From NCBI GenBank assembly GCA_902619825.1, contig CACNFT010000001.1:8620-72619 (forward strand): a stretch of DNA of 64,000 bases. The letters run 5' to 3'. Below, piece by piece: positions 28,032-38,109 of the stretch. This DNA is from an uncultured Candidatus Actinomarina sp. GTDB lineage: Bacteria; Actinomycetota; Acidimicrobiia; Actinomarinales; Actinomarinaceae. The stretch's first letter is position 1; each line of letters starts with the position of its first letter. A program made the translations under genes and the position numbers. The notes beneath the pieces are model-generated. The model did no database searches. It was not told the origin of the DNA and saw nothing but the letters and a program-made list of their open reading frames with translations.

Positions 28032-28994
28032 TTGGTGAAAAAAATAGTATTAAATGCTTGCGGTGTAAAGTCCCTAGGTGGGTTAAAACTTTTCCTTGAA
28101 TCTTTTGATTTTTTTTCAAAGACAGATTCAAAAATCTTTGTTTTGTACTCAGAGATAGAATTTTACAAAGATTTAAATAATCAGTTTTATGAAAATCCAA
28201 GGGTCAAGTTTTACAAAACAACAAACAAAAGGTACCTTCATCCATTGTTAAATTATTTTTTACCTAATAAAATCCTTGAGGAGATTAATAATTCAGATGC
28301 AATTATTCATTTCGGTAATTTTGGGTTCAAAACACTAAAAAAGTCTTTTGTACTAATTCAAAACATTCTTCCGCTCGTAAAAAGAGGTGTTAGAAACTCA
28401 ATTCTTAAAGTATTAATAAATAGAAGTATGAAATTATCTAATTTTATACTTATCCAGCTAGATCACTTAAAAGAAGATATAGATAAAAAATATCATTCAA
28501 AAATTATACAAATCGGTAAAACAACAAGTTCTGAGGTTGAAATATCAAATAAAAGTGGAAACATAGTTTTTTTTGGAAGCGATATTGCAAATAAGAATTA
28601 TAATTTTATGAAAAATGTTTTAAGTCAATTGCCAAATAAAAAAAAGGTTACTGTTATAAACCCACCGAGGGATATGGAAAGTTTTAATATTGTTAATACA
28701 GAAACTCACGATGAAACTTTAAAAGTATTGTCCAATAATGAAATTTATTTTCATGCTAGTGAGCATGAAACAGTAGGTTTACCACTTTATGAAGCACAAA
28801 ACCTTGGTTTAAAAGTTGTTGCACCAATAAGTTCATATACTCAGTACTTCAGTCCAGAAAGTGTCTTTCTGTACAATATCAATGATCCCGAAGATGCTTT
28901 GAAAAAACTTGAAGATGCTCAGTCTTCAAGTATTGAAAAAATTGATACATTAAATTATTCAGAGAACTGGAAAATAGTGTTAGATAACATCTAA
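28032..28994 (+). CDS. glycosyltransferase (GT-B, family 1/4-like)
   Basis: TTG/GTG start, 320 aa. C-terminal E-x7-E motif (EHETVGLPLYEA). Confidence 0.6.
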   Translation: MVKKIVLNACGVKSLGGLKLFLESFDFFSKTDSKIFVLYSEIEFYKDLNNQFYENPRVKFYKTTNKRYLHPLLNYFLPNKILEEINNSDAIIHFGNFGFKTLKKSFVLIQNILPLVKRGVRNSILKVLINRSMKLSNFILIQLDHLKEDIDKKYHSKIIQIGKTTSSEVEISNKSGNIVFFGSDIANKNYNFMKNVLSQLPNKKKVTVINPPRDMESFNIVNTETHDETLKVLSNNEIYFHASEHETVGLPLYEAQNLGLKVVAPISSYTQYFSPESVFLYNINDPEDALKKLEDAQSSSIEKIDTLNYSENWKIVLDNI

Positions 28995-30212
28995 ATTCTT
29001 AATAATTGACTTAGCCGTATAGTTATTAATAAATTTATCTTTATCAAATTTTTCAATTTTATTAAACATTTCTTTAATTAATATTGAAAGATTTTCTACT
29101 TCAACACTTTTATTTATAGTTATTAAGTTATCAAATTCATCACTTACTTTAATGACAGGATCATTATCAATTTCTGTGAAATGGATGATCGGCTTTCCTG
29201 TTGCTAAATATTCAACAACTTTACTTGGAATTTGATTTGGATTTTTATTTCCAATAGAGAGTAAACAATGTGCTGAGTTTACCATTAATTTTTGTGCTTC
29301 TTCTCTTGATACTTGAGAATAAAAACTGTGTTTATCTACATTTAAGTCACATGACTTTATTATTTTTTCAGAATCCTCGTTTACATACCATGAAAATTCC
29401 ATTTCATTATTTTTTTTGACTAATTCTAAGAATGAATTTGGGGACCTCACACCTTTTGTGAATATTCCAAAATAAGAAATTTTTATTGGTTTGGATGAAT
29501 AATCGTAAGATAAAGCACTATTTAAGAGATCATTGTCAAAATTACTTATGGGGTTAGCAACAATTAATTTATCACTTGGTATACCAAAAAAATGCTTATG
29601 ATTATTCAATGCATCTTGATGGGTAAATAAAATATTATCAGCAAGAGAGTAAAATTTTTTTTCATATCGTTTATTTAAACCTGAATAAAGAAATCGATTA
29701 TTTTCTGGTGCATCAACCTTTAAAGAAAATGGATCACCAATATCCATTACCCAATGTTTTTTAACTTTTTTATTTATAAAGTAAGCCGCTATATGGGAAG
29801 AAAAAGGCAAACTAACAGAAATTATGATATCGTAATCCTTCAAAATTTTATTTCTATTTCTGTAAATTTGATAAAGCCAAAACATTGAATAATCAGGCCA
29901 AGCAAGATAGTTGATAAAAAATCGATATATTTTTTTCAAAACTCCATAAAATGTTTTTTTAATTGCATCTCCGGAAGCAACTTGTTTTGATTTTTCTCTT
30001 AGATTTGAAACTATATTTATATTATTTTTATTTCCAAAATATATTATTTCAACATTATTTGTATCAAAATCTGGATACATCCCAGTTAAAATACTTACAT
30101 TATGTCCATTGTTAATAAGTTCGTCTACCAATAATTTCCATCGGGTTGTTCGGGGGCTTACATGTGGTAAGTATTGATGAGTAACAATTAATATTTTTTT
30201 ATACTTTTTCAT
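28980..30212 (-). CDS. glycosyltransferase (GT-B fold)
   Basis: 410 aa. N-terminal KILIVTHQYLPH..., C-terminal nucleotide-sugar binding half (PSKVVEYLATGKPIIHF). Confidence 0.6.
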   Translation of the reverse strand: MKKYKKILIVTHQYLPHVSPRTTRWKLLVDELINNGHNVSILTGMYPDFDTNNVEIIYFGNKNNINIVSNLREKSKQVASGDAIKKTFYGVLKKIYRFFINYLAWPDYSMFWLYQIYRNRNKILKDYDIIISVSLPFSSHIAAYFINKKVKKHWVMDIGDPFSLKVDAPENNRFLYSGLNKRYEKKFYSLADNILFTHQDALNNHKHFFGIPSDKLIVANPISNFDNDLLNSALSYDYSSKPIKISYFGIFTKGVRSPNSFLELVKKNNEMEFSWYVNEDSEKIIKSCDLNVDKHSFYSQVSREEAQKLMVNSAHCLLSIGNKNPNQIPSKVVEYLATGKPIIHFTEIDNDPVIKVSDEFDNLITINKSVEVENLSILIKEMFNKIEKFDKDKFINNYTAKSIIKNLDVI

Positions 30213-31587
30213 TTTTAAACTCTAATAGCATTAAGCCCAATGAAATTGCGAACATTGTACTTAATTCCTCAGCCTGAAAAAAATACATTAGCAAGATGAC
30301 AACTAAATTTGAAAAAATGTAAAATGAATATTCATTTCCGTTGTTATAAAGTTTTTTCAAAACGTTAAATAAAAATATCAGAAACCATATTAACCCAATA
30401 ATTCCACCTGAAAAATAAAGATTTATATACAAATTATTAAATGAAACAATCTGCCCTGGATTTCTATAAACAACTTCTTCATCTACATTTTTCTTTGTTA
30501 GATCATCAAAAGTTGGAGAGAAATTTAAATTAGCAATCCCTAATCCTTGTCCAAATATTTGAATATTTTCACTAGAAATATATTGATTAAGTATAGATAT
30601 ATTTTCAAAACCATCTAACCCTCCCATTGTGATCAGGGTGATTCTCTCGAATACACTTTTTACTACACTCTCTGAATTTTTAGCTTCATCTAATTTATCG
30701 TCATATATTGAACAGTTACATTTATCAGGAGATTCTGGTGGACACATTGAAGGATCTAATGCTGGAAATTTATAACCAAGACTATTACCTACAAAACTGG
30801 AAAACAATAAAAATATTATTGGAATAATAAATAGAAGGTCAAAATTTTTATTTTTTAATGTCCATAAAACAGCTGCAAATAGGATTCCAAGAATTAAGCT
30901 AATTACTCCTGTTAAACTTCTCGATAAAATAATTGCAAGGATTGGTAATATTGACAAACCATACCAAATAGTTCTTTTTCGTGCCAGATAAAAGTTTAAC
31001 GGAATGATAGGTGCTAACCAAACTGCCAAGAAACTTGGCTCTCTGAAAGTTCCGTAATTCCTAAGTATCGAGCATGCCCTCTTTATTGGTTGAGACCAAC
31101 CTCCCGAACCAGGTCTATTTCTTGAAAAATCTTGAAAATCAAATATGTATGAAAAGTATGATATTAGTGACAAAAGTGAAACTGTAATGCCAATGAAAGA
31201 TATAAATTTTATAATCGTATCTCGTTCGTAGTAATTACTTAAAGTGTAAACAAACCAAATAACAGCAATAAATCCAAGAAGCTTAAGTAGTCTAAGTGAA
31301 ATGTATTGAGTGAATGAAGAAGTAGCAAACTCAGGTAGTTCGGGGTTGTAAGATACAGCTCTAATTAAAGTGACAGAGGTAAAATATAAAAGTAACACTC
31401 TCAATGAATCAAATTGATTAAATTGAATTTCAAAACCAAAAAAATAATATATTACGTAAATAAATATAAAAATAGAAACTCCTATCCAAGGCAAAGGTAT
31501 TGAAAATAAACTAAAAGCATCAAGGCTTTCAAAGAAAATACCAATTAAAAAAAGATAGAAAAGTGGTGTAATTTTTTTTGTATTCAA
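30199..31587 (-). CDS. polytopic membrane protein, putative repeat-unit polymerase (Wzy-like)
   Basis: 462 aa, about 10-12 TM, with a Cys-rich extracytoplasmic loop (DPSMCPPESPDKCNC). Located between a GT and the heparinase-like gene. Confidence 0.5.
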   Translation of the reverse strand: MNTKKITPLFYLFLIGIFFESLDAFSLFSIPLPWIGVSIFIFIYVIYYFFGFEIQFNQFDSLRVLLLYFTSVTLIRAVSYNPELPEFATSSFTQYISLRLLKLLGFIAVIWFVYTLSNYYERDTIIKFISFIGITVSLLSLISYFSYIFDFQDFSRNRPGSGGWSQPIKRACSILRNYGTFREPSFLAVWLAPIIPLNFYLARKRTIWYGLSILPILAIILSRSLTGVISLILGILFAAVLWTLKNKNFDLLFIIPIIFLLFSSFVGNSLGYKFPALDPSMCPPESPDKCNCSIYDDKLDEAKNSESVVKSVFERITLITMGGLDGFENISILNQYISSENIQIFGQGLGIANLNFSPTFDDLTKKNVDEEVVYRNPGQIVSFNNLYINLYFSGGIIGLIWFLIFLFNVLKKLYNNGNEYSFYIFSNLVVILLMYFFQAEELSTMFAISLGLMLLEFKNEKV

Positions 31588-33218
31588 TTTATACGTTTGT
31601 ATCCTTTCGAGAATTTAAATTTAACTCCATCATTCAATTCTCCCCAGTTTTCATAGGGGTTTAAATTCGTATCATTAGAAAAATCACTTATTAGTATATT
31701 TCCATTTTCTATTACTATTTTTCTATAAATTTTATTTCCATTAAAAACTGCACTACCTAAAAAATTATTTTTGTCTAAAAATAACAATTTACCATCTTCC
31801 ATATAGTTAAGCTTAAAACAATCAAATTCTGATTCCTTCGGAAATTTTATATCCGCATTTGGACCCCAATGGAATTGCATTGATCTAAATTCATTCCTTG
31901 TTTTTATATCGTCTGTATATGTTCCCGTACCTGGATCTCTTGCTATCCATTTGCCTTCAGTAAAACACTCAACTGAAAGTTGATCGTAATGAGCATGTCC
32001 ACCAACACCATTTTGTCCTATTTGGCCACATCTGACACTAAAGTATTCTGAACCATCATTATTGCGCCATATAAAAATACCAAAATCGGGAAATGTATAA
32101 AGATTGAAATCATTTTGAAATATTTTAATTAAAGGATGATTAACCTTTGAAAAATTAGTTAAATCTACAGGATCATTTTTTAGATTGGGCACTTCAATCG
32201 AATTTTTATTTTCAAAATTAAAGAAATGATCAATGAGATTTATTAACCAATCCATTTTTAAAGGATCATCTTCATCATGATAAAAGTAGAAAAGTCTCCC
32301 TGAATCATTATCACCAATCTGAGAAAGTTCTCCATTAACCATTAGCAAATTTAGTAATCTTCTATTTGAAAATACTAACTTTTCAATTAATTCTATTAGT
32401 GATGAATCAGGTTCAATTTCATCTAAAGAAAGTTTAAAGATGATTAAAGCTTCAGTTACAAATGCAGAATAATGGGATGATCCTTCAAAATTAGTTCCAT
32501 CTTTATAGAACTGTCTATTTAATTCTTTATTAAGTTCATTCAAATAATATGTAGTGTCATCTTCGTAACCATCAAATTTATAAGTTGCTAGCGTCAAAAT
32601 TATTGAACATAGTTCAATTAAATAATGATTTCCGACAACATCTCTATCATCTTCAAGATTTTCTGTTATGTATTGATAATGTTGACTAATAAATGTATCA
32701 ATTAAGTCTTTATTATTGCCAAGAATCTTTGAATCTAAATCATTGTTTTCTAAAAAATTTCGATGAAAAATTAGATTTATATTTCTGATTGCTACATCCA
32801 TTGGACTATTCCAGTAAATTAATGGAAATTTGTTTACATCAACATTTTCGTGTAAATTTTTCTCTTTGTTCAAGATAGATAATAAATCTAATTTTTGTAA
32901 AAATTGAAGCCTAGAGGCTTCATAAGGAACTTTTACATCACCCTTGTTGAAATAAGCAGGAATAAATTTATTGTGTGATTGGAAATCATTTTCATTAAAA
33001 ATATCCTTTGATGTTACTAAATCGTCAGTTTCCTTTCCAAAAATTTTTTTAGAATAATTGATATCGTCATCTGCATTTGATAATAGGTAGGAAGCCAACA
33101 ACTGATGGTATTTCGGAATGGTGTACTCAAAAGATTTAAAATTTGTGGGAATAACTATATTTTTTGCAAATAAGTTTCTTAGATTGAATCTAATTCTTTG
33201 TAAAAAGAGTTTAAGCAT
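31584..33218 (-). CDS. heparinase II/III-like (alginate-lyase fold) protein
   Basis: 544 aa. Motifs WNSPMDVAIRNINL, VVGNHY, GDNDSGR, GGHAHYDQLS, typical of Hepar_II_III family proteins found in polysaccharide loci. Confidence 0.7.
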   Translation of the reverse strand: MLKLFLQRIRFNLRNLFAKNIVIPTNFKSFEYTIPKYHQLLASYLLSNADDDINYSKKIFGKETDDLVTSKDIFNENDFQSHNKFIPAYFNKGDVKVPYEASRLQFLQKLDLLSILNKEKNLHENVDVNKFPLIYWNSPMDVAIRNINLIFHRNFLENNDLDSKILGNNKDLIDTFISQHYQYITENLEDDRDVVGNHYLIELCSIILTLATYKFDGYEDDTTYYLNELNKELNRQFYKDGTNFEGSSHYSAFVTEALIIFKLSLDEIEPDSSLIELIEKLVFSNRRLLNLLMVNGELSQIGDNDSGRLFYFYHDEDDPLKMDWLINLIDHFFNFENKNSIEVPNLKNDPVDLTNFSKVNHPLIKIFQNDFNLYTFPDFGIFIWRNNDGSEYFSVRCGQIGQNGVGGHAHYDQLSVECFTEGKWIARDPGTGTYTDDIKTRNEFRSMQFHWGPNADIKFPKESEFDCFKLNYMEDGKLLFLDKNNFLGSAVFNGNKIYRKIVIENGNILISDFSNDTNLNPYENWGELNDGVKFKFSKGYKRIN

Positions 33219-34449
33219 AAGATTTCCTAAAACTATAAGAAGTAAACATTGAAATAATCATTTGTGATGAAATAATCGACAAAATTGCCGGATTGGAAAT
33301 ACTTAAATTATGAAGTGCAAAATAAACTATATAAGAAATTACTGATCCTGAAATAATAATTTTTGTTATATTAACTTCAAAACCTAGAGCTCTTGAAAAA
33401 ATAATGTTGATTCTAGACCAAACCATTAAAGGTAATGAAAAAAGAATTAAAGAAGTTTGAAAAGATACGTCTCTGAACTCTTCGCCAAGAAGTGATACAA
33501 GAATATTTCCTGCAGTATCTCTTAACAAGTAAAACGTAACTGGAATAATAAATGAAAAAAAGAAAACTTTCTTTAGACGATCTCTTATGTTTTGAATTTC
33601 GTCCTTGTCTTTTGCTTTTGACAATTCTGGAAATAATATATCAAGGCTTGCTGCTAAAAGTTGAAAAATAATTTCTAATATTCTTCTGGACCATGCCAAG
33701 ACACCCAAAGCTGGACCAAAATAAAATAGACCTAACAAAACTATATCTAACTCAGAAATCAAAGCACTGGAGAATGTTGTAAGAACCATTCTTCTTCCCG
33801 AATTATTCAGCTCTTTTCTTGTCGACTTATCTTGATCTGAATCTCTTTTTTTCTCGGTTTTAGGGATGTAGTAATGAGCGACTAGAAAAAATAGAAATAA
33901 TATAGCCGATTGATACAGTACAACCCATATTATTTCTAGACTGTTAATCACAATAATCCAAGCACCAAATCCATAAAGGATTGTTCTAACGATTATCTGC
34001 TTGGAAGTAGTTACAAAATTGCCATCTGCTTGAAAATATGCCAGTGCAATATGAATCATTTCGTTAAAAACAAAACCTATTAGAAAAATTGCTGTTATTG
34101 GGTAATCTCTGCCAAATAAAATTGTTAATGGAAAAATTGTCGCCAAAGCTAATGCAAGATTTCTTAAAACCAGAAAATATGAGTTAGCAAAAAGAGAATT
34201 TTTGAAACCAACATTTTGAGCTCTTAGCTTTGTAACAACTAATGCAAGAGATAATACGGTTGCTGTTCCAATTAATACAGAAAGACTTTTTGAAGCTGCA
34301 TATTCCCCATATATTTCTGCTCCATACTCTCTACTTATTATTGTGATTAAAAAAAAATTAACTCCTAAAAGAGTTAATTGCATTAGAGATATGTAAATTG
34401 TATTTTCTTTCCAATTTTTTATCAATTCGCAACCCTTGCTAAATGCCAA
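33211..34449 (-). CDS. wzx: Wzx-type polysaccharide flippase (MOP superfamily)
   Basis: 412 aa, about 12 TM. N-terminal ...ISREYGAEIYGEY pattern typical of the Polysacc_synt family. Confidence 0.7.
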   Translation of the reverse strand: MAFSKGCELIKNWKENTIYISLMQLTLLGVNFFLITIISREYGAEIYGEYAASKSLSVLIGTATVLSLALVVTKLRAQNVGFKNSLFANSYFLVLRNLALALATIFPLTILFGRDYPITAIFLIGFVFNEMIHIALAYFQADGNFVTTSKQIIVRTILYGFGAWIIVINSLEIIWVVLYQSAILFLFFLVAHYYIPKTEKKRDSDQDKSTRKELNNSGRRMVLTTFSSALISELDIVLLGLFYFGPALGVLAWSRRILEIIFQLLAASLDILFPELSKAKDKDEIQNIRDRLKKVFFFSFIIPVTFYLLRDTAGNILVSLLGEEFRDVSFQTSLILFSLPLMVWSRINIIFSRALGFEVNITKIIISGSVISYIVYFALHNLSISNPAILSIISSQMIISMFTSYSFRKSYA

Positions 34450-36263
34450 TTTGAAAGATTAATTAAATACCACTTTTTTTGGTAGTCATTTCCATTAAGG
34501 ATATGATTTAATTCTCTTTCATTAAATAAATTTACTAGAGAATTGAACTGTTGCACAGATTCATAAAATTTTTCCTCATCTTTCTTGATCCACTCACCTA
34601 TTGGAGCCCTAAATCCTTGTTTTTTTCTATTTATGATTTGATCAGGTAAATATTTCATTGCAACCTTTTTGAGAAGACTTTTTGTATTAGTTAAGTCAAT
34701 AAGTAATTCTTCTGGCAAGGAAAGTACATATTCTACTAATTTATGATCAAGAAAAGGCACCCTAGCCTCAACAGCAGATTGCATTACAAGCTTATCCATT
34801 CTCATAAGTAAAAGTTCCGGAAGCCTTATCTTTAAATCAATTAAAGTCATCCACTTAGAAATTTTTGAATTTTTGTTAGAAAAATAATCTTTCCATTTAT
34901 AGTCAGCGTAAAATATTAGATCAGAATGATTTGGCAAACCATCTTCTATCAAGCTATCTAATTCCTTTAAATTAAAACCCAAAGCTCCGCCTGCAAATGA
35001 AGTTCTATTAAATAGAATATTGCTAAGCATATTTAATCTATGATTCTTAAAACTTGAGTATTTTTTTGTAGATTTAAAAAAGGGCTTTAAAAATTTATTC
35101 AATTTGAGATACCTATTCCAATGATCATATCCATAAAATAATTCATCTGCACCTTCCCCGACTTGAACAACTTTAATTTTGCTGTTGTTAGTTTTCTTAC
35201 CTAGGAAATAAAGTGGTATTCCAACCTCATCGCCAACTAAGTCGTCTTGATAGAAGGAATAATTATCAAGAAGCTCTTGGAATTCTTGATAAGAAATATT
35301 CTCCTCAATTAATTCTATGTCATTATTGCTTGCCGCAAATTTTGCTTCATTTAACTCTCCCTCATATCCGGGGAAATGGTCTTTAAAATCTATGTTGAAA
35401 CCTTTCAGTCCAGCTTTTTCATTTTGTTTCATGAGCTTGCCAATCAAGGATGAGTCAAGCCCTCCAGATAGAAATAGTCCTACTTCAACGTCACTTACTT
35501 TCCTGTACTCAACAGATTCATTTAATAATCTATCTATATTTTCAATTGCTTCTTCTTCTGAGATATCATTATTAACTTCAATATCAAATGGATCCCAATA
35601 CTGATTGGATTTTATTGAATTGTCTGAAAAAAACTCTATATACTCACCAGGTTGTACTTTTGATATGTTTAAATTTCCTGTTCTATTCATTGGAACACAA
35701 AGATGCCTTAGATATGCAATATAAGACTCAATATCAGGTTCAAATGGAATTAAATTAGATTGTTCTATAGTCTTTAATTCTGAGGAAAATATAAACCAAT
35801 CATCATTCCTAGCAAAGTATAGAGGTTTGATTCCGATTCTATCTCTAGCTAAAAAAATAGAGCTCGTCTTTGCATCATGAATGGCAAAGGCAAATTGACC
35901 TCTTAATTTTTTTAAAATTTCAGATTTATATTCAATATATCCTTTAAGTAATACCTCTGTATCGCCTTCCGTAGAAAATTTAACACCTTTACTCTTTAGT
36001 TCAGCTCTAATTTCTTTGAAATTATAGATTTCACCGTTAAATACAATTGTATATCTTTTGTCGTCATCCTGATAAGGTTGGTTTGATCTTGAGTCTAAAT
36101 CGATAATTGAAAGCCTGCTGTGAATAAAACATTCTGAATCTGAAATATAATTAATGGAAGAGTGATCGGGTCCCCTGTGTTCTAGGGAGACTTTCATATC
36201 ATTTGCAATATTTTGGTCGATTTTAGAATTGTTAGTGCTAACAATTCCACCAATTCCACACAT
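34422..36263 (-). CDS. asparagine synthase (glutamine-hydrolysing) family amidotransferase, AsnB/WbpS-like
   Basis: Start moved to the ATG at 36263 so that the protein begins MCGIGG (the catalytic Cys2 required by Ntn amidotransferases). SGGLDSS PP-loop. Confidence 0.85.
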   Translation of the reverse strand: MCGIGGIVSTNNSKIDQNIANDMKVSLEHRGPDHSSINYISDSECFIHSRLSIIDLDSRSNQPYQDDDKRYTIVFNGEIYNFKEIRAELKSKGVKFSTEGDTEVLLKGYIEYKSEILKKLRGQFAFAIHDAKTSSIFLARDRIGIKPLYFARNDDWFIFSSELKTIEQSNLIPFEPDIESYIAYLRHLCVPMNRTGNLNISKVQPGEYIEFFSDNSIKSNQYWDPFDIEVNNDISEEEAIENIDRLLNESVEYRKVSDVEVGLFLSGGLDSSLIGKLMKQNEKAGLKGFNIDFKDHFPGYEGELNEAKFAASNNDIELIEENISYQEFQELLDNYSFYQDDLVGDEVGIPLYFLGKKTNNSKIKVVQVGEGADELFYGYDHWNRYLKLNKFLKPFFKSTKKYSSFKNHRLNMLSNILFNRTSFAGGALGFNLKELDSLIEDGLPNHSDLIFYADYKWKDYFSNKNSKISKWMTLIDLKIRLPELLLMRMDKLVMQSAVEARVPFLDHKLVEYVLSLPEELLIDLTNTKSLLKKVAMKYLPDQIINRKKQGFRAPIGEWIKKDEEKFYESVQQFNSLVNLFNERELNHILNGNDYQKKWYLINLSNWHLARVAN

Positions 36264-36331
36264 TTCTCTAACTCTAATGTTATATTTTTTATTCAAGTAA
36301 ATTAATTTGAATAGTTTAGAGTAAATATTGT

Positions 36332-36949
36332 ATGAAAATAATTTTTGACATTACAATCATGGTTTTTCTCATTCCAGTTTTTTTATTCTTTTTTCCTATC
36401 ATTTACCTGTTGATAATTATTACAGATGGTTATCCAGCAATATATGTTCAGGAAAGAGTTGGTAAAAACGGTAAAATTTTTAAATTATTTAAATTCAGGA
36501 CTATGGATGAAAGCTCAGATGAGGATCTACACGAAGAGCATTATAAAAAATTAGCTGATAAAGAAACAATTGAGCCATCTTTAGAGCCTGGAAATCCTAT
36601 ACGAATTGAAAACGATGATAGAATAACAAAAATCGGTCTTTTTCTAAGAAAGACTTCCTTAGATGAATTGCCTAACGTAATAAATGTTCTAAAAGGAGAA
36701 ATGTCAACTGTCGGTCCAAGACCATTAGTTGTTTATGAATCAAAATTACTTGGTGATTATCAAAAAAAAAGACATTCAGTAAAACCTGGAATTACTGGTC
36801 TTGCTCAAGTACAGGGAAGATTAGATTTAAGCCTACAAGAGAGGCTTTATTGGGATATTGAATATGTTGAAAACTACAACATTGTCCTTGATTTCAAAAT
36901 ACTTTTTCAGACAATTATCTCTGTTATATCAAGAAAAGGGGCAAATTAG
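36332..36949 (+). CDS. small monotopic phosphoglycosyl transferase (PglC/WbaP C-terminal-like 'bacterial sugar transferase')
   Basis: 205 aa. Re-entrant N-terminal helix, KFRTM, SLDELP (Asp-Glu dyad), GPRP, PGITGLAQV. Confidence 0.85.
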   Translation: MKIIFDITIMVFLIPVFLFFFPIIYLLIIITDGYPAIYVQERVGKNGKIFKLFKFRTMDESSDEDLHEEHYKKLADKETIEPSLEPGNPIRIENDDRITKIGLFLRKTSLDELPNVINVLKGEMSTVGPRPLVVYESKLLGDYQKKRHSVKPGITGLAQVQGRLDLSLQERLYWDIEYVENYNIVLDFKILFQTIISVISRKGAN

Positions 36950-38109
36950 ATTAAGGAGTAGTAGTACTCAACTACCTTTGATTTATTTAAAATATTTTTA
37001 TTTAGATTGTTTATATTTTTTTGATATTTCAAAAGTAGTGATTGATCATTAAGTTTATCAAATATTTTTTTCATCGAAGTCTCATCATATGGGTCAATGG
37101 TAAAACCTAATTCATATTTCTCTATAAACTTTGAAACAGCAGAATCACTGTTAGCAAAACACAATAAAATTTTATTCATTGAAAGATAGTCAAAAGTTTT
37201 ACCAGGAAAACCTTCTACTGTAATTTCTTTGTCTAACGAAATAAGTCCAACAGGAATCTCTTTCGTTTTATCGTACAATTCGTTTCTTGGTAAATGCTCA
37301 AAAACATTTAATTGATCGCTTTCTAAATCTTTAATAGAATCAAATTCTTCACCTGCTCCAAAAAATTTTAATTTCCAATTCTTCTCTTCAATAGAATTAA
37401 ACGTATCGATAAATTTTTTAATATTTTGGGGTTTACCCATATTACCGGCATACAAAATTGTTTTTTTATCTAGATTTGGATTTTCATTTGATATTTCATA
37501 GGGAGAAAAGTGATAAATTGATTTTATGTCTTTATCTTTTAATCCACGATTGTTAACAAGAAATGCTTTTAATTCTGAAGAGTTTACAACCAAATTGTCA
37601 GCAAGTTTCATGGCGTATGTATCGATTTTTTTAAAAATGTTAAATAAAATTCCAGAATTTGTTTTCAATGTTTTGTTAGCGATTTCAGGATAAAGTTCCC
37701 AGCATGAGTATGTAACTTTAATCTTTAGAAATTTCTTTATATAAATTACAACTAAGTTCATAGTTGGTGGATAACTAAATATGAAAATATGAGAGTAATT
37801 TTTTTTGTTCTTAGATAAAAATTTAATTGTTTGATAGTGAAACATTATCCATTGAAAAAACCTAGTTGATTTGTTAAAGCTCCTACTTGCTGAACTTATA
37901 TGTGTTATGTTTATGTCTTTATATGATGATGTGTAATATTTATCTGAAGTTAGATTATTACTATTTTTGATATTATATTGTGGTGAGCTTGCCAATATCT
38001 CAACGTCAACACCAAGCTCTTTAAATCCATCTGCAATTTCAGCAACTAACATTCCTGTTGAGACGTTATCTGGAGGTATTGTTAAAGAGTGAAATAAAAT
38101 TTTTTTCAT
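36946..38109 (-). CDS. glycosyltransferase family 4-like
   Basis: 387 aa. GT-B fold pattern with C-terminal EGFPGKTFDYLSMNK. Confidence 0.6.
   Translation of the reverse strand: MKKILFHSLTIPPDNVSTGMLVAEIADGFKELGVDVEILASSPQYNIKNSNNLTSDKYYTSSYKDINITHISSASRSFNKSTRFFQWIMFHYQTIKFLSKNKKNYSHIFIFSYPPTMNLVVIYIKKFLKIKVTYSCWELYPEIANKTLKTNSGILFNIFKKIDTYAMKLADNLVVNSSELKAFLVNNRGLKDKDIKSIYHFSPYEISNENPNLDKKTILYAGNMGKPQNIKKFIDTFNSIEEKNWKLKFFGAGEEFDSIKDLESDQLNVFEHLPRNELYDKTKEIPVGLISLDKEITVEGFPGKTFDYLSMNKILLCFANSDSAVSKFIEKYELGFTIDPYDETSMKKIFDKLNDQSLLLKYQKNINNLNKNILNKSKVVEYYYSLI

Noticed and set aside
36264-36296. Eleven extra N-terminal codons on the AsnB-like ORF
   Set aside because: Glutamine-hydrolysing asparagine synthases need Cys as the first residue after Met removal. 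MCGIGG begins at 36263, so the upstream ATG is very unlikely to be used.
36858-37052. 64-aa plus-strand ORF bridging the PGT gene end and the GT gene end
   Set aside because: It overlaps two supported genes in alternative frames or in antisense, and has a low-complexity sequence.
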